Positions 10,227 through 21,347 of a DNA stretch of 64,000 nt are shown here, piece by piece. The stretch is from the NCBI GenBank assembly GCA_963776275.1, contig CAVZMI010000021.1:192001-256000 (forward strand), given 5' to 3'. A program made the position numbers and the translations under genes. A model generated the notes under the pieces. It made no database searches. It was not told where the DNA came from and saw only the letters and a list, made by a program, of their open reading frames with translations. This stretch comes from Ignavibacteriota bacterium. Lineage in GTDB: Bacteria > Bacteroidota > Ignavibacteria > UBA10030 > CAVZMI01. Position 1 is the first letter of the stretch. Each line of letters opens with the position of its first letter.

Positions 10227-11378
10227 CTAAAGTAATTTTTCCCGGATCGAATAGCCTTCGCGAGTTTGCTGTCCTTTGGAGATCATCTCTCCCAACAGGC
10301 CGATTGAAATAAACTGAATCCCGACGATCATAAAGAGGATTCCCAGAAAAAATATCGGCCGGTTACTCAATGCCGTAAGATTTAATATCCATTCGATCGA
10401 AAGCCATAAATCGATGCAAAATCCGGCAAGGAAAGAAAAAATCCCCCATCCTCCGAAAAGATGTAATGGGCGTCGAATATATCGAGTTGTAAAAAGCATC
10501 GTCAGCAGGTCGAGAAATCCCTTGAGAAATCTTCCGGGGCCGAATTTGGTTTTCCCGTATTTCCGTCTGTGATGCTGTACCGGAATCTCGCCGACCCGGA
10601 ACCCACGCCAGTGAACGAGCGCCGGAATGAATCGATGGAGCTCACCGTATACTTCTATTTCCTTGAGAACTTCGTTCCGGTACGCCTTCAGTCCGCAGTT
10701 AAAATCATGAAGCCTGAATCCCGTCATGACCGATGTGACAAAATTGAAAAATCGCGAAGAAATTATTTTCGTAATGGGGTCGTACCGTTTTTTCTTCCAC
10801 CCGGAGACCAGATCATACCCTTCACGGATTTTTTTTACAAGATTTGGAATTTCGGTCGGATCATCCTGCAGGTCGGCATCCATGGTCACTATTATTGCCC
10901 CCTCGGCGTGAGTGAAACCGACAGCCAATGCAGCCGATTTGCCAAAATTACGCCGGAAACGGATTGCTTTCATCCGCCGATTAATCCGGTGGATATCGCG
11001 CAATATCTGATATGAGTTATCGGTGCTTCCGTCATCCACAAAAATTACTTCGTAATTCCCCCCCTGACGCTGAAGGACGTTGCGAAGCTGGCGCGATAAA
11101 TCGGGAAGCGACTCGGCTTCATTGAATAGTGGTATGACAACCGAGACATCGGGTTTCCTTATTTGAACCGGCGGAATCGGTTTCTGCGGATGCTCCGGAT
11201 GCGCTGTGGGAACTGGTTGACTAGTCTCTACCGACACTGGCCCAACAGGTTGTTCAGGTTGCCGTTTTTGCCTTGGTGGACGCTGAAATCGCCGTCGGCG
11301 ATATCGGTAGTATGGACGTGATTTTTCGGAAGGTTTTCCAGGTTGCTGTTCCCCCGTAGGTTGCTCTTGGTCTGCCAT
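10227..11378 (-). CDS. GT2 polyprenol-phosphate glycosyltransferase (ArnC/DPM-like) with disordered N-terminal extension
   Basis: VDDGSTD, RRNFGKSAAL, MDADLQDDP and HDFNCGLKAYR motifs, and two C-terminal TM helices. Confidence 0.85.
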   Translation of the reverse strand: MADQEQPTGEQQPGKPSEKSRPYYRYRRRRFQRPPRQKRQPEQPVGPVSVETSQPVPTAHPEHPQKPIPPVQIRKPDVSVVIPLFNEAESLPDLSRQLRNVLQRQGGNYEVIFVDDGSTDNSYQILRDIHRINRRMKAIRFRRNFGKSAALAVGFTHAEGAIIVTMDADLQDDPTEIPNLVKKIREGYDLVSGWKKKRYDPITKIISSRFFNFVTSVMTGFRLHDFNCGLKAYRNEVLKEIEVYGELHRFIPALVHWRGFRVGEIPVQHHRRKYGKTKFGPGRFLKGFLDLLTMLFTTRYIRRPLHLFGGWGIFSFLAGFCIDLWLSIEWILNLTALSNRPIFFLGILFMIVGIQFISIGLLGEMISKGQQTREGYSIREKLL

Positions 11379-11553
11379 AAGGTTCCTCTAATCGCTTGAA
11401 GTATTTGGTGAGCAAATTAACTGTTTTCCGATTCAAAATCAATGAACCCGGCGATTTCATTGAAATTGGAACAATTTTTCTTTAGGATTGTTATATTTAT
11501 AAGACTATGCATATATAGTTCTTATACTCCTCACTTTAAAAAGGTTTCACTAA

Positions 11554-13638
11554 ATGGTTGTGAAAGAATCAACAATAGAACGTACTCCATCATTGCCGGA
11601 AATCATAGATTTTGGAATCAAGGTTCACCCAAAAACTCTGCTCCGATGGTACCAACTCATGCAGCTTGGCCGTTTACTCGACCAGAAAGCCGCTTTGTAT
11701 TTGCGACAGGCAAAAGGTTGGTCATATCACGCATCATGTGCGGGACATGAGGGAATACAATTAATTCTGGGGCTGACATTCCGGCAGGGCAAGGATTTCC
11801 TCTTCCCCTATTACCGTGATCTCCTGACTTCATTGGCCGGGGGGATTACTCCGGAAGAGATTATATTGAATGGAATTTCGAAGGCTGCCGATGTCGCCGG
11901 CGGAGGCAGGCATATGAGCAATCATTTTGCAAAACCTTCGATTCGAATTCAGAATGTCTCATCGGCAACGGGGAATCATGCACTCCATGCCGTCGGCACA
12001 GCCCGGGCAATCAAGAAATATAAGGGTGATGAAATCGCATTTGCGAGTTTTGGCGAGTCGGCGGCCTCTGAAGGATATGTCTTCGAGGCACTGCACGGCG
12101 CCGCACGCGAAGTCTTACCCGTTATTTTTGTAATTCAAAACAATCGTTTCGGTATTTCCGTCCCGATCTCTGAGCAATCGGTTAGTCCCATTGTTGCGGA
12201 TAATTTTTCTGGAATCAAAAAACTTCATATTGTTCGATGCGACGGAACGAACGTTTTTGATTCATGGCGCGGGATGCAGGATGCTCTCGATTACGTGAAA
12301 AATGGCAAAGGTCCTGCTCTTCTTCATGCGGATTGCATTCGAATTAATTCCCACAGTAATTCCGATCGGCATGAACTCTATCGTACGCCGGAAGAATTGG
12401 AAGAAGCAAAACGCTGGGATCCGGTGAAACGATTCCGGCAATATCTCATTGCACACGAAATTTTTTCGGAACGTGAAATTTCAGATATCGAGGAGAGAAA
12501 CGAGGCCACCGTCGCCGCCGCCGCCGAACATGCGGAATCTCTGCCCGATCCAAATCCGGCAACTGCAGCATTATATGTGATCCCGCAACAGATTGACGTC
12601 CCGCAGCACTTTCTCGAACCACGTGAAGATCCGAATGCCCCATCTTTCACTCTTCGGGAAGCCATCAACGAAACATTGAAAGAAGAATTCCGACGCAACC
12701 CGAATACATTTCTCTGGGGACAGGATGTTGCTTCAAAAGAAAAGGGCGGAGTCTTCAACGTCACAAAGGGGATGCTCCAGGAATTCGGCAACGAACGGAT
12801 TTTTAACGCCCCCATAGCCGAAGATTTTATCAACGGCACTGCGAACGGCTTTTGCCGGTATCGAGACGATATATGGGTTGTAATTGAAGGTGCGCAATTT
12901 GCCGACTATTTCTGGCCGGCAGTCGAACAGCTTGTTGAAAATTCGCACGAGTATTACCGGTCGAACGGACAGTTTGTTCCAAATATTGTCATTCGTCTTG
13001 CATCAGGCGGATATATTGGCGGCGGGTTGTACCATTCACAGAATCTCGAGGCGTTGTTCACGTCGCTTCCAGGGCTGCGTGTCGTTGTACCGGCATTTGC
13101 CGACGATGCACAGGGACTCATGCGTGCAGCAATACGGAACCGTGGTGTAACATTGTATCTTGAACCGAAATTTTTATACAATCAATTCTTTGCAAAGTCG
13201 CCGCGGCAGGCATCAGAGTTCTATGTTCCGTTTGGAAAATCCCGAATCCGCCGAGAAGGAACCGACCTGAGCATCATCACCTACGGCACAACTGTGCATT
13301 GGGCAATGCGGGCTGCAAATAAATTAGAGGCGGATAAAAATATTCGTTGTGAGGTTGTCGACCTGCGATCGCTCGTACCGCTTGATGTCGATGGTGTTCT
13401 TGCTTCTGTGAAAAAAACAGGCCGTGCGCTTGTCGTTCATGAAGACAAACTCACAGGCGGTTTCGGCGGTGAGGTTGCGGCAATCATTGGCGAGAAAGCT
13501 TTTCGGTACCTCGATGCACCTGTGATGCGGCTGGGATCAAAAGATACGCCTGTACCTTTTTCGAAGATCCTTGAAGCAGCTGTCCTGGTACAGGAGGCGG
13601 ACGTTTATGCAGCTGCGGAAAAGCTGGCTTCATATTAA
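11554..13638 (+). CDS. 2-oxoacid (branched-chain) dehydrogenase E1, fused alpha/beta subunits
   Basis: TPP-binding SFGESAASEG...QNN, HSNSD, GQDV, GGLYHSQ and DLRSLVPLD motifs; 694 aa fusion. Confidence 0.9.
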   Translation: MVVKESTIERTPSLPEIIDFGIKVHPKTLLRWYQLMQLGRLLDQKAALYLRQAKGWSYHASCAGHEGIQLILGLTFRQGKDFLFPYYRDLLTSLAGGITPEEIILNGISKAADVAGGGRHMSNHFAKPSIRIQNVSSATGNHALHAVGTARAIKKYKGDEIAFASFGESAASEGYVFEALHGAAREVLPVIFVIQNNRFGISVPISEQSVSPIVADNFSGIKKLHIVRCDGTNVFDSWRGMQDALDYVKNGKGPALLHADCIRINSHSNSDRHELYRTPEELEEAKRWDPVKRFRQYLIAHEIFSEREISDIEERNEATVAAAAEHAESLPDPNPATAALYVIPQQIDVPQHFLEPREDPNAPSFTLREAINETLKEEFRRNPNTFLWGQDVASKEKGGVFNVTKGMLQEFGNERIFNAPIAEDFINGTANGFCRYRDDIWVVIEGAQFADYFWPAVEQLVENSHEYYRSNGQFVPNIVIRLASGGYIGGGLYHSQNLEALFTSLPGLRVVVPAFADDAQGLMRAAIRNRGVTLYLEPKFLYNQFFAKSPRQASEFYVPFGKSRIRREGTDLSIITYGTTVHWAMRAANKLEADKNIRCEVVDLRSLVPLDVDGVLASVKKTGRALVVHEDKLTGGFGGEVAAIIGEKAFRYLDAPVMRLGSKDTPVPFSKILEAAVLVQEADVYAAAEKLASY

Positions 13639-13673
13639 AAAAGTATAAGCACGGTGATGCTTCCGGAGGTATT

Positions 13674-14453
13674 TCATCCTGTCTTGAGGATTTTTCTCAC
13701 CTTAAGCGCTCTATCCGGAAAATTCGTCACCACTCCGGTCACTCCCCGTTTAATCCATTTTTGAAGATCACGTTCGGTGTTCAGTGTAAATACAAATACC
13801 GGGATATTATTCTGACGTGCATTCCTGAGCATCGGAGCAAATATTTCGTGCTTGCCGCCGACAAATCCCCATGCGCCTACCCTCTTTACCAGTGTTGATG
13901 GCCGGCGGCTTCCATGAAGGATCGCATGATAGAGAATCGCGGTACGGATTTGCGGTGCAACAATTCGTGAACGAACAAGAATAGGATGATAGAAAGAAGA
14001 AATAATAACCTTGTCTTCCAGGTTTCGATGGAGAATCCGGGTTGTTGTTTTTTCTATAAGAATTCCCGCTTCACGCCGCGAGATCCCGTCGGTTTTTATT
14101 TCTATATTAATCCATTGAAATCGCTGGAGGACATCGAGTGCTTCGTCGAGTGTAAGAATTCGTTCTCCGGAAAACCGGCGGTGAAACCATGATCCGGCAT
14201 CGAGCGATCGCAGGCATTTGAGGGGAAGGTCGTTGACAGCACCCTGTCCGTTTGTCGTCCGGTTCACGGTTCTATCGTGGATGATCACTACTTCTTGATC
14301 GTATGAGAGGCGTACATCGCATTCTGCCGCTTCAACGCCCAGATCAGCAGCCAGTGAAAATGCAGCATAAGTATTTTCTGGAGCACGTCCTGAAAAACCG
14401 CGGTGAGCTACTATAATGACCTCGCCCGGCGGGTATAGCGTCTTTGCCGTCAT
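13674..14453 (-). CDS. glycerophosphodiester phosphodiesterase
   Basis: AHRGFSGRAPENT, ECDV, IHDRTVNRTT, NIEIK and TNFPD motifs. Confidence 0.9.
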   Translation of the reverse strand: MTAKTLYPPGEVIIVAHRGFSGRAPENTYAAFSLAADLGVEAAECDVRLSYDQEVVIIHDRTVNRTTNGQGAVNDLPLKCLRSLDAGSWFHRRFSGERILTLDEALDVLQRFQWINIEIKTDGISRREAGILIEKTTTRILHRNLEDKVIISSFYHPILVRSRIVAPQIRTAILYHAILHGSRRPSTLVKRVGAWGFVGGKHEIFAPMLRNARQNNIPVFVFTLNTERDLQKWIKRGVTGVVTNFPDRALKVRKILKTG

Positions 14454-15112
14454 TTCAATAGCAGCTGAGTGAGAATTCGGTTCAGTACTTCTTTCACTTC
14501 GCCGATTCCATCGACCTCTACCAGCACTCCGCGGATTTTATAATATTCCTTCACGGGTGCCGTCGATTCCGTATATACTTTCAACCGTCGCTGGATAGTT
14601 TCCCGTTTATCGTCATCGCGATGAATTAACACACCGCCGCAATTCGGACATAGGTCACCTTCCTTGATATTGTCGGTTCCCAGATTATAAATAGACCCGC
14701 AATCATCGCAGGTCCGGCGCTGCTCGAGACGGCGGATCAGCTCGTTATCGTCTGCGGTAAGATTCACAACCTTTGACAGGAAAATATTTCTTTCCTCGAA
14801 GAGCGCCGTCAACGCTTCCGCTTGTTTGACAGTCCGAGGAAATCCGTCGAGTATAAATCCGTTTTTGATCCTCTCAGGGGTCAATTCATCCCCGACGATT
14901 CCTACCATGATGATATCGGGAACCAGCTCGCCTCTTTGTGTAAAGTTGTGAGCCTGTATCCCGAGCGGTGTTCCATGGGTCGTTGCGATACGAAGAATAT
15001 CGCCGGTTGAGAAGTGCGGTATTGAAAATTTTTCAGAAAGAATTTTCGCCTGTGTTCCCTTACCTACCCCCGGGGAACCAAAAAGAATTAATTGCATTTT
15101 ATCCTCGTCCAT
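14450..15112 (-). CDS. adk: adenylate kinase (Zn-LID)
   Basis: GSPGVGKGTQ, STGDILR, ILDGFPRT and CxxC...CxxC lid. Confidence 0.95.
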   Translation of the reverse strand: MDEDKMQLILFGSPGVGKGTQAKILSEKFSIPHFSTGDILRIATTHGTPLGIQAHNFTQRGELVPDIIMVGIVGDELTPERIKNGFILDGFPRTVKQAEALTALFEERNIFLSKVVNLTADDNELIRRLEQRRTCDDCGSIYNLGTDNIKEGDLCPNCGGVLIHRDDDKRETIQRRLKVYTESTAPVKEYYKIRGVLVEVDGIGEVKEVLNRILTQLLLK

Positions 15113-15191
15113 GACTAAGGTCGTATGCCATATTAAGTATAAATATACGGATCATTCAATGATGAAATCAAGTAGTCCGGCAGTATTTCAT

Positions 15192-16295
15192 TCATTTTTT
15201 CTTCTGTGCGGCTGCAAGCTGTCCGCATGCAGCTTTTATGTCTTCCCCGGCATTATTACGAATCATTACTGTAATGTTTGCTTCGCGCAGTTTTTGGGCA
15301 AATTCCTCCATTCGTTCGACAGGGGTGGGGCGCAGGGACGAAGCAAATCCTTCCGGATGTATGAAATCTATTGCGTGAAACGGAATTAGATTAATTTTTG
15401 ACGGTACACGCCGGATATATCGAATAAGCCTGTTGATATCTTCATCGCGATCGTTAATGCCCTCAAATAAAATATATTCGTACGTGATACGCTGCCCCGT
15501 TTTCTCATAATAGTATTCTGCCGCACGATGAATATCTTCGACAGAATGTTTTTTCGTAACCGGCATTAAAGTGCTCCGTACTCTGTCGTCAACCGAATTG
15601 AGCGAAATTGCCAGCTTACATTTTCTCCCCTCATCGGCCATCCGTTTGATATTTTCGACATATCCCGCAGTCGATAATGTCGTTTTCTTTGCACTTATTC
15701 CGATGAGCCGTTCATGCGAGATAATTTCCACGGCTTTCATGACATTATCATAATTTAACAACGGCTCTCCCATTCCCATAAGAACAAGATTTGTAATTTT
15801 GTTTTCACCGAGGCGCCTGACATGCAGCACCTGATCGACTATTTCCCCCGCTGTCAGGTTGCGCTTGAATCCCATAGAACCGGTTGCACAGAACACGCAA
15901 TCGAGTGGGCATCCAACCTGAGTCGAGACACAGAGAGTAAATCGCTTCTCTCCCTTTCCCCCGTCCTTTGTGCTCTGTGGGATAAGAACGCTTTCAATTG
16001 TCAGCCCGTCGGCAAGACGAAATAAGAATTTTGTCGTCCCGTCAATCGGGGAGACCCTTTTCCGGCCAACTTCGATACTCCCAATCCGTGCAACCTCCGC
16101 CAATCTCGAACGAAGCACCCGTGGAATATCGGTCATTGCATCGAATTCCGAGATTCCACGATTATAAAGCCAATAGAAGATCTGCGTCGCTCTATAGGCA
16201 GGCTCCCCTATCGATTCCGAAAAATCACGAAGCTCGGAAAGCGACATCCCTTTGAGATCAACGTGTTTATTAGCCGGTATGTGTTTCATAATCAC
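15192..16295 (-). CDS. rlmN: 23S rRNA A2503 C2-methyltransferase, radical SAM
   Basis: CVSTQVGCPLDCVFC, MGMGEPL and DIKAACGQL motifs. Confidence 0.95.
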   Translation of the reverse strand: MIMKHIPANKHVDLKGMSLSELRDFSESIGEPAYRATQIFYWLYNRGISEFDAMTDIPRVLRSRLAEVARIGSIEVGRKRVSPIDGTTKFLFRLADGLTIESVLIPQSTKDGGKGEKRFTLCVSTQVGCPLDCVFCATGSMGFKRNLTAGEIVDQVLHVRRLGENKITNLVLMGMGEPLLNYDNVMKAVEIISHERLIGISAKKTTLSTAGYVENIKRMADEGRKCKLAISLNSVDDRVRSTLMPVTKKHSVEDIHRAAEYYYEKTGQRITYEYILFEGINDRDEDINRLIRYIRRVPSKINLIPFHAIDFIHPEGFASSLRPTPVERMEEFAQKLREANITVMIRNNAGEDIKAACGQLAAAQKKK

Positions 16296-16353
16296 AGAGA
16301 ATTACCAGGGAAAATTATAAATCCTTATAAGTATTGGCATTTTTACCAAATAG

Positions 16354-16382
16354 TTGACAAGTTGTAAAATGTTTCATATGTT
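16354..16382 (+). promoter_or_regulatory. putative sigma70 promoter
   Basis: TTGACA-17 nt-TATGTT upstream of ORF 16442. Confidence 0.45.
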
Positions 16383-16441
16383 GACGTAACTTCTGTATTT
16401 AATTAATTTCATCGTAAGAATCAATATAAGGAGAGATTAGC

Positions 16442-17515
16442 ATGAAGAAGACTTTTACAATTCTATTCTTTTCCGTTCTGGTTCTTCTCACCGGCAATAT
16501 TTTTTCTCAAGTTCAAAATTTGAAGTCTATGGAAGGACCCTGGGTGGGCCAGTGGGTAAATCTTTATTATATGAGTTCAGGCAGCATCAATGTTACAATC
16601 ACCGTCAATGAATCTCTTCAAACTGCGCATGGCGATTGGAATGTTGGCGGAAATATCCTTGGAGTTGCAAGGGATCCTTTTTCGACCGATATCACATTGA
16701 CGCCGGCAGGATTCGTTGCATCTTTCAACTCGCCGATATGGGGAGATATTTCGGGCACCGGATTGTATACAGGAATATATGCAGGCGTCGCGACAAATTG
16801 TCCGAATCCCAATGCACAATCGATTGTCGCCGCCGGCACATTCAACAATACACACATAAGCGGCACCTTCGACTTCGTATGGGGGGTAGATCCAATCAAC
16901 GGAACTGTTTCTATTACCAAACCAGATCCAATTTCTACACCTACAGGATTATCTGCAACCGAAAATCCTCAGGGAACGGTTAATCTGAATTGGGTCGATG
17001 TTGCAACCAACGAAACCGGATACAGAATCGATCGGAAAAATACTTCAATCGGAACGTGGTCGGAAATAGATACAGTCGGTGAAAACGCTCATTTTTATTC
17101 CGATAATACCATTCAAATGGAAACGCAGTACACGTACAGAATTGCTGCGTATAATAGTACAACAGAGTCGGAATATTCCGACACGGTTATTATAACGACC
17201 AAGACATCTGTTAATAAGACTGCCAATATCCCGGCAGTGTTTTCACTTCTTCAAAATTACCCCAATCCATTTAACCCGAGCACGGTAATCAGCTACGATC
17301 TTCCACGGGACAGCAGAGTGAATATTTCGGTTTATTCGATATCCGGAGAACATCTTGCTACGCTGGTTAACGATGTTCAGACTGCTGGAAGATATGAGGT
17401 GAGTTACGATGCAAAAGGCAAAGCCAGCGGGATTTATCTGGTGAAAATGGTGGCTCAGTCGCTTAAATCGGGAAAGCAATATGTAGATTATAGAAAAATG
17501 GTACTTATCAAGTGA
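16442..17515 (+). CDS. secreted protein: unknown N-domain + FN3 + T9SS type-A sorting domain
   Basis: Signal peptide, FN3 pattern (PTGL...LNW...GYRI...YTYRIAAYN) and QNYPNPFNPST CTD. Confidence 0.8.
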   Translation: MKKTFTILFFSVLVLLTGNIFSQVQNLKSMEGPWVGQWVNLYYMSSGSINVTITVNESLQTAHGDWNVGGNILGVARDPFSTDITLTPAGFVASFNSPIWGDISGTGLYTGIYAGVATNCPNPNAQSIVAAGTFNNTHISGTFDFVWGVDPINGTVSITKPDPISTPTGLSATENPQGTVNLNWVDVATNETGYRIDRKNTSIGTWSEIDTVGENAHFYSDNTIQMETQYTYRIAAYNSTTESEYSDTVIITTKTSVNKTANIPAVFSLLQNYPNPFNPSTVISYDLPRDSRVNISVYSISGEHLATLVNDVQTAGRYEVSYDAKGKASGIYLVKMVAQSLKSGKQYVDYRKMVLIK

Positions 17516-17525
17516 TTTAGAAGAA

Positions 17526-18295
17526 GTGGTACTTTCATATCAACAGGATATTATCGGGATATTCAGTTCACCTGCTAAAACATTTTATAATATATCGCAG
17601 CAGCCGGTGAGGCACTCCTATTGGATGATTCCGCTCATAAGTATGATTGTTGTCGCCATTCTATCGAACATATTGATTAAGAGTCATCCGGGAATTCAGC
17701 AGGCAGATAGAGAAAGCAGCATCAAAGCATTAGAGAAGCAGTTGGATCAGGCGGTTGAGAAGGGTATGATGACAACTGCCCAAAAAGAAAACCAGTTGCA
17801 GGCAATAGAAACAAGACTCGCTCAAGAGGACCATCGCGCTTTGTAACTCAAAGTATATTCTTATTAGTATCTTCATGTCTTAATTTCTTTATTGCCTCAT
17901 ATGTGTTTTTAATATTTGTAAAATATTTTCTTAAAGGAAAAGGTAAATACATACACGCACTAATCGCATATGCCGTGCCTCTATATATTATAATTTTCCA
18001 GATGATTGTGGTTGCCGTCTTATCATTAATTTCTGCCCGTCATCTATCCGGAACAAGCATTGCTGTTTTTGTAAATGCAAACACATCGACAATCGGCGGA
18101 TTCATATTAAGTAAGATGGATCCCTTCTTAATTTGGTTTTATTGCATTGTTGGAATCGGATTTGCAAAAATGTTCGGTACAAGCAGCGTGAACAAATATA
18201 TCGGTATGGTTTTTCTTTTGTGGCTCGGATCGGGACTTCTTTTTTTCTTTATAGCAAAAATAATTCCATCGATACGCTGGATAGTTAGTATGTAA
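17526..18295 (+). pseudogene. Yip1-family membrane protein, split by frameshift near 17840
   Basis: Two consecutive ORFs (17526-17846, 17903-18295) carry the N-half (IFSSPAKTF...WMIPL) and C-half (LSKMDPFLIW) of one Yip1 protein. Could be an assembly error. Confidence 0.6.
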
Positions 18296-18487
18296 AACGA
18301 AACAGGGGGTCTTAAATATTTTCCCGGGTTTGAAAAGACCCTGGGTATCATATATGGGATTGTTTATAATTGTCATGTGCCGTAAAAATAGGGAAAAATC
18401 CGCCTAATATCTTATTTCTTGCAGGTGAGGCCTTTTTTTCATATCTTTATATGAATTTTATTTTTTTCCCTATTCAATCCGGATGGT

Positions 18488-19969
18488 ATGTCCAGACCTC
18501 TAAACGTTCTATTTGTTACAAGTGAAGTTGAACCCTTTGCAAAAACGGGAGGTCTTGCCGACGTATCGGCGGCTCTTCCCCAAACCATAAAAGAACTCGG
18601 GCACGAAATCCGTATCATTCTTCCGCGATACGGTTGTATTAGCGAGCGCCGGTCAAAGCTCCATAATGTTCTTCGTCTGAAGGAAATTCCCATTCCTATC
18701 GGTAAGGCGGCGGCTACAGCCAATATCAAATCATCGACAATCGACAGCAAGAAATCAAAGGTTCAGGTCTATTTCATAGAAAACCAGGAATATTTTGGTC
18801 ACCAGGACCTTTACGTCGATTCAGCCACTAAAAAGGATTTCCCAAATAATGACGAGCGGTTCATTTTTTTCTGCCGGGCGGTTCTTGAAACCCTTAAGCG
18901 TCTTGGATGGCATCCTGATATTATTCACTTAAACGACTGGCAGTCGGGCTTGATCCCGGCATATTTACACACGTTCTACAAAGACGATCCTTTCTACAAG
19001 GGGATCCAGACCGTTTTTACGATTCACAACCTTGCCTATCAGGGAATTTTCCCTGCAGCGTCGTTCCAGAAAACCGGACTCCCCAAAGAGTTATTCTCTC
19101 CCGAACAGATTGAATTCTTCGGAAAAATGAACTGTCTGAAGGCCGGCCTGATTTTTACTAATGCAATCACAACGGTCAGCGAAAGATATTCGCACGAGAT
19201 TCAAACGTCGCCTGAATACGGCTGCGGTCTTGAGGGGGTGCTTCTCAAACGGAAAAACGACATTTCGGGCATTATCAACGGCATCGATTACTGCATCTGG
19301 AATCCGGAAACCGATGATCTCATCCCTGTCCGATATTCCATGAAGGATATCGAGCTCAAATCCGAAAACAAACGTTACTTACTTCACAATCACGGAATGG
19401 AGTATCATCCGGAAGTCCCCCTTATCGGTATGATCTCCCGTCTTACAGATCAAAAGGGATTCGACTTGCTCAGTGAGATTTTTGAAGATATGATGAAATT
19501 AAACGTTCAGTTCATATTACTTGGAACGGGTGAAAGGAAATATCACGATCTCTTCGAAAAAATACATAAAAAATATCCCGGCCGGGTGGGAATCGATCTA
19601 AAATTCGACGACACGCTCGCCCACACGATCGAAGCTGGAGCGGACATGTTCCTGATGCCGTCGCGGTATGAGCCTTGCGGGTTGAACCAACTCTACAGTC
19701 TCCGCTATGGTACCGTACCGATTGTACGTTCGACAGGCGGTCTTGATGATACAATTGACGACATTGATACGTCACCCAAAGGAACAGGCTTCAAATTCCA
19801 AAAATATGACGGGAAAGAATTGCTGAAGGTTATCCAGCGCGCGGTGAAAGTATATGCAGATAAAACCTCCTGGCAAAAAATTCAACGAAATGGGATGTCT
19901 AAGGATTTTTCCTGGGAGTCGTCGGCCAAACAATACATTGCACTGTACAGGAAGCTATTGAGACAGTGA
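18488..19969 (+). CDS. glgA: glycogen synthase
   Basis: PFAKTGGLADV, HLNDWQ, TIHNLAYQG and MPSRYEPCGL motifs. Confidence 0.95.
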   Translation: MSRPLNVLFVTSEVEPFAKTGGLADVSAALPQTIKELGHEIRIILPRYGCISERRSKLHNVLRLKEIPIPIGKAAATANIKSSTIDSKKSKVQVYFIENQEYFGHQDLYVDSATKKDFPNNDERFIFFCRAVLETLKRLGWHPDIIHLNDWQSGLIPAYLHTFYKDDPFYKGIQTVFTIHNLAYQGIFPAASFQKTGLPKELFSPEQIEFFGKMNCLKAGLIFTNAITTVSERYSHEIQTSPEYGCGLEGVLLKRKNDISGIINGIDYCIWNPETDDLIPVRYSMKDIELKSENKRYLLHNHGMEYHPEVPLIGMISRLTDQKGFDLLSEIFEDMMKLNVQFILLGTGERKYHDLFEKIHKKYPGRVGIDLKFDDTLAHTIEAGADMFLMPSRYEPCGLNQLYSLRYGTVPIVRSTGGLDDTIDDIDTSPKGTGFKFQKYDGKELLKVIQRAVKVYADKTSWQKIQRNGMSKDFSWESSAKQYIALYRKLLRQ

Positions 19970-20177
19970 GCATGACAGCCACCGGATTGTTTTCCGAAGA
20001 AGAACTCACTGAGATTCATGCGTATCTTCGATAATTCCGGGCCGCAGAAAATACTCGCATCGACGATATCTTCTTCTGTCTGTACCATCCGATCAAGTGC
20101 AATGCTCCGTATAAAACTCATTATAAACACAGGTGATCTTTCGGACGTATATTAAAAACTTTATCACAGCATAATAA

Positions 20178-21347
20178 ATGATGAAAACCTTTTTTGTTCT
20201 TCTGTTTATTATTGTTATGTTTCTCTTCACAATCTCCGGATGCAGCGATAATCCAAGTTCCCTGGGTATCGGCCTCATTCCGCAAGAAGATTTTCTCAAT
20301 GTCGATACATTGACCGTATATTCTACGACGGAACGTTTGTACCAATCCCGACATCCTCTAGGTTCAAGCCGAACCATTGCCGTCGGAAGAGCAGAATCGT
20401 TCAAAGCTTATGCGTTTATTTCATTTTTGGGTGTACCGGACACCATGGCAGGATCGACAGTCAATAGTGTCGAACTTACTCTTTTCCCGAATTATATTAT
20501 TGGCGATTCAACCGGAACGGTGTCATTCGATGTTTGTGAACTCACGCTCGGCTGGACCGAGTCGAGTTTCATATGGGATTCACTCGCTGTACTCTCGTAC
20601 AACGGAACACCTGTCGGATCATTCGCCGGGGCAGTTACCGACTCCGATTCTGTTGTGGTATCTATTTCACCGCAATTAATATCAAAATGGTTTTCAAATG
20701 CAAAAAATGTATTACCGACCTACGGTCTTCTATTGAAACCCAACAGACCGGCCGCACCGGGTCAAGCAATTCGCGGCTTTGAGTCGTTTCAGGGAACACG
20801 TATCCCTTATATTCGCATCATTGCGACACAAAACAGTCAGATCGATACGTTCACGCTTAGTACAGGGTACGATACATACGTTGTCAACGGCTCGCCGGTT
20901 GTCGACCCTTTAAAATCGATTTATATCCAGCCAACGCTGGGGTATAACGCACTTCTTACGTTCAACGTCTCGAAGCTCCCCCGGGATGCCATTATCCATC
21001 AAGCAATGATGGAACTTACAAGCAATTCCGGATATTCTTTCTATTCTCGCCCCACTATCGACTCGGTTCTGGCAACATTCGTTGTGGACTCCACCGCACA
21101 ATCGGATTTTTACAATTCGAGTCCCCCGATCAGCACAAGAACAGGGAATGTATACAGCATGAACATCGCAACAATGGTTCAGCGGTGGGGGAGAGGATTC
21201 CCGAACCAGGGAGTACGAATAAAAGCGTATGATGACTATCGCGGTTCATATGCATTGGGTACCGTTAATCCGTTTATTTTTTACAATTCAAAGTCGGATA
21301 TCTCGTTGCGTCCGCGACTGAAAATTCTTTACTCAACTATTCGGTGA
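20178..21347 (+). CDS. outer-membrane lipoprotein (DUF4270-like)
   Basis: Lipobox ISG-C, beta-rich, C-terminal RPRLKILYS, located next to glgA. Confidence 0.55.
   Translation: MMKTFFVLLFIIVMFLFTISGCSDNPSSLGIGLIPQEDFLNVDTLTVYSTTERLYQSRHPLGSSRTIAVGRAESFKAYAFISFLGVPDTMAGSTVNSVELTLFPNYIIGDSTGTVSFDVCELTLGWTESSFIWDSLAVLSYNGTPVGSFAGAVTDSDSVVVSISPQLISKWFSNAKNVLPTYGLLLKPNRPAAPGQAIRGFESFQGTRIPYIRIIATQNSQIDTFTLSTGYDTYVVNGSPVVDPLKSIYIQPTLGYNALLTFNVSKLPRDAIIHQAMMELTSNSGYSFYSRPTIDSVLATFVVDSTAQSDFYNSSPPISTRTGNVYSMNIATMVQRWGRGFPNQGVRIKAYDDYRGSYALGTVNPFIFYNSKSDISLRPRLKILYSTIR

Noticed and set aside
19966-20160. Small gene between glgA and the lipoprotein
   Set aside because: Only short ORFs with no motif or clear RBS.
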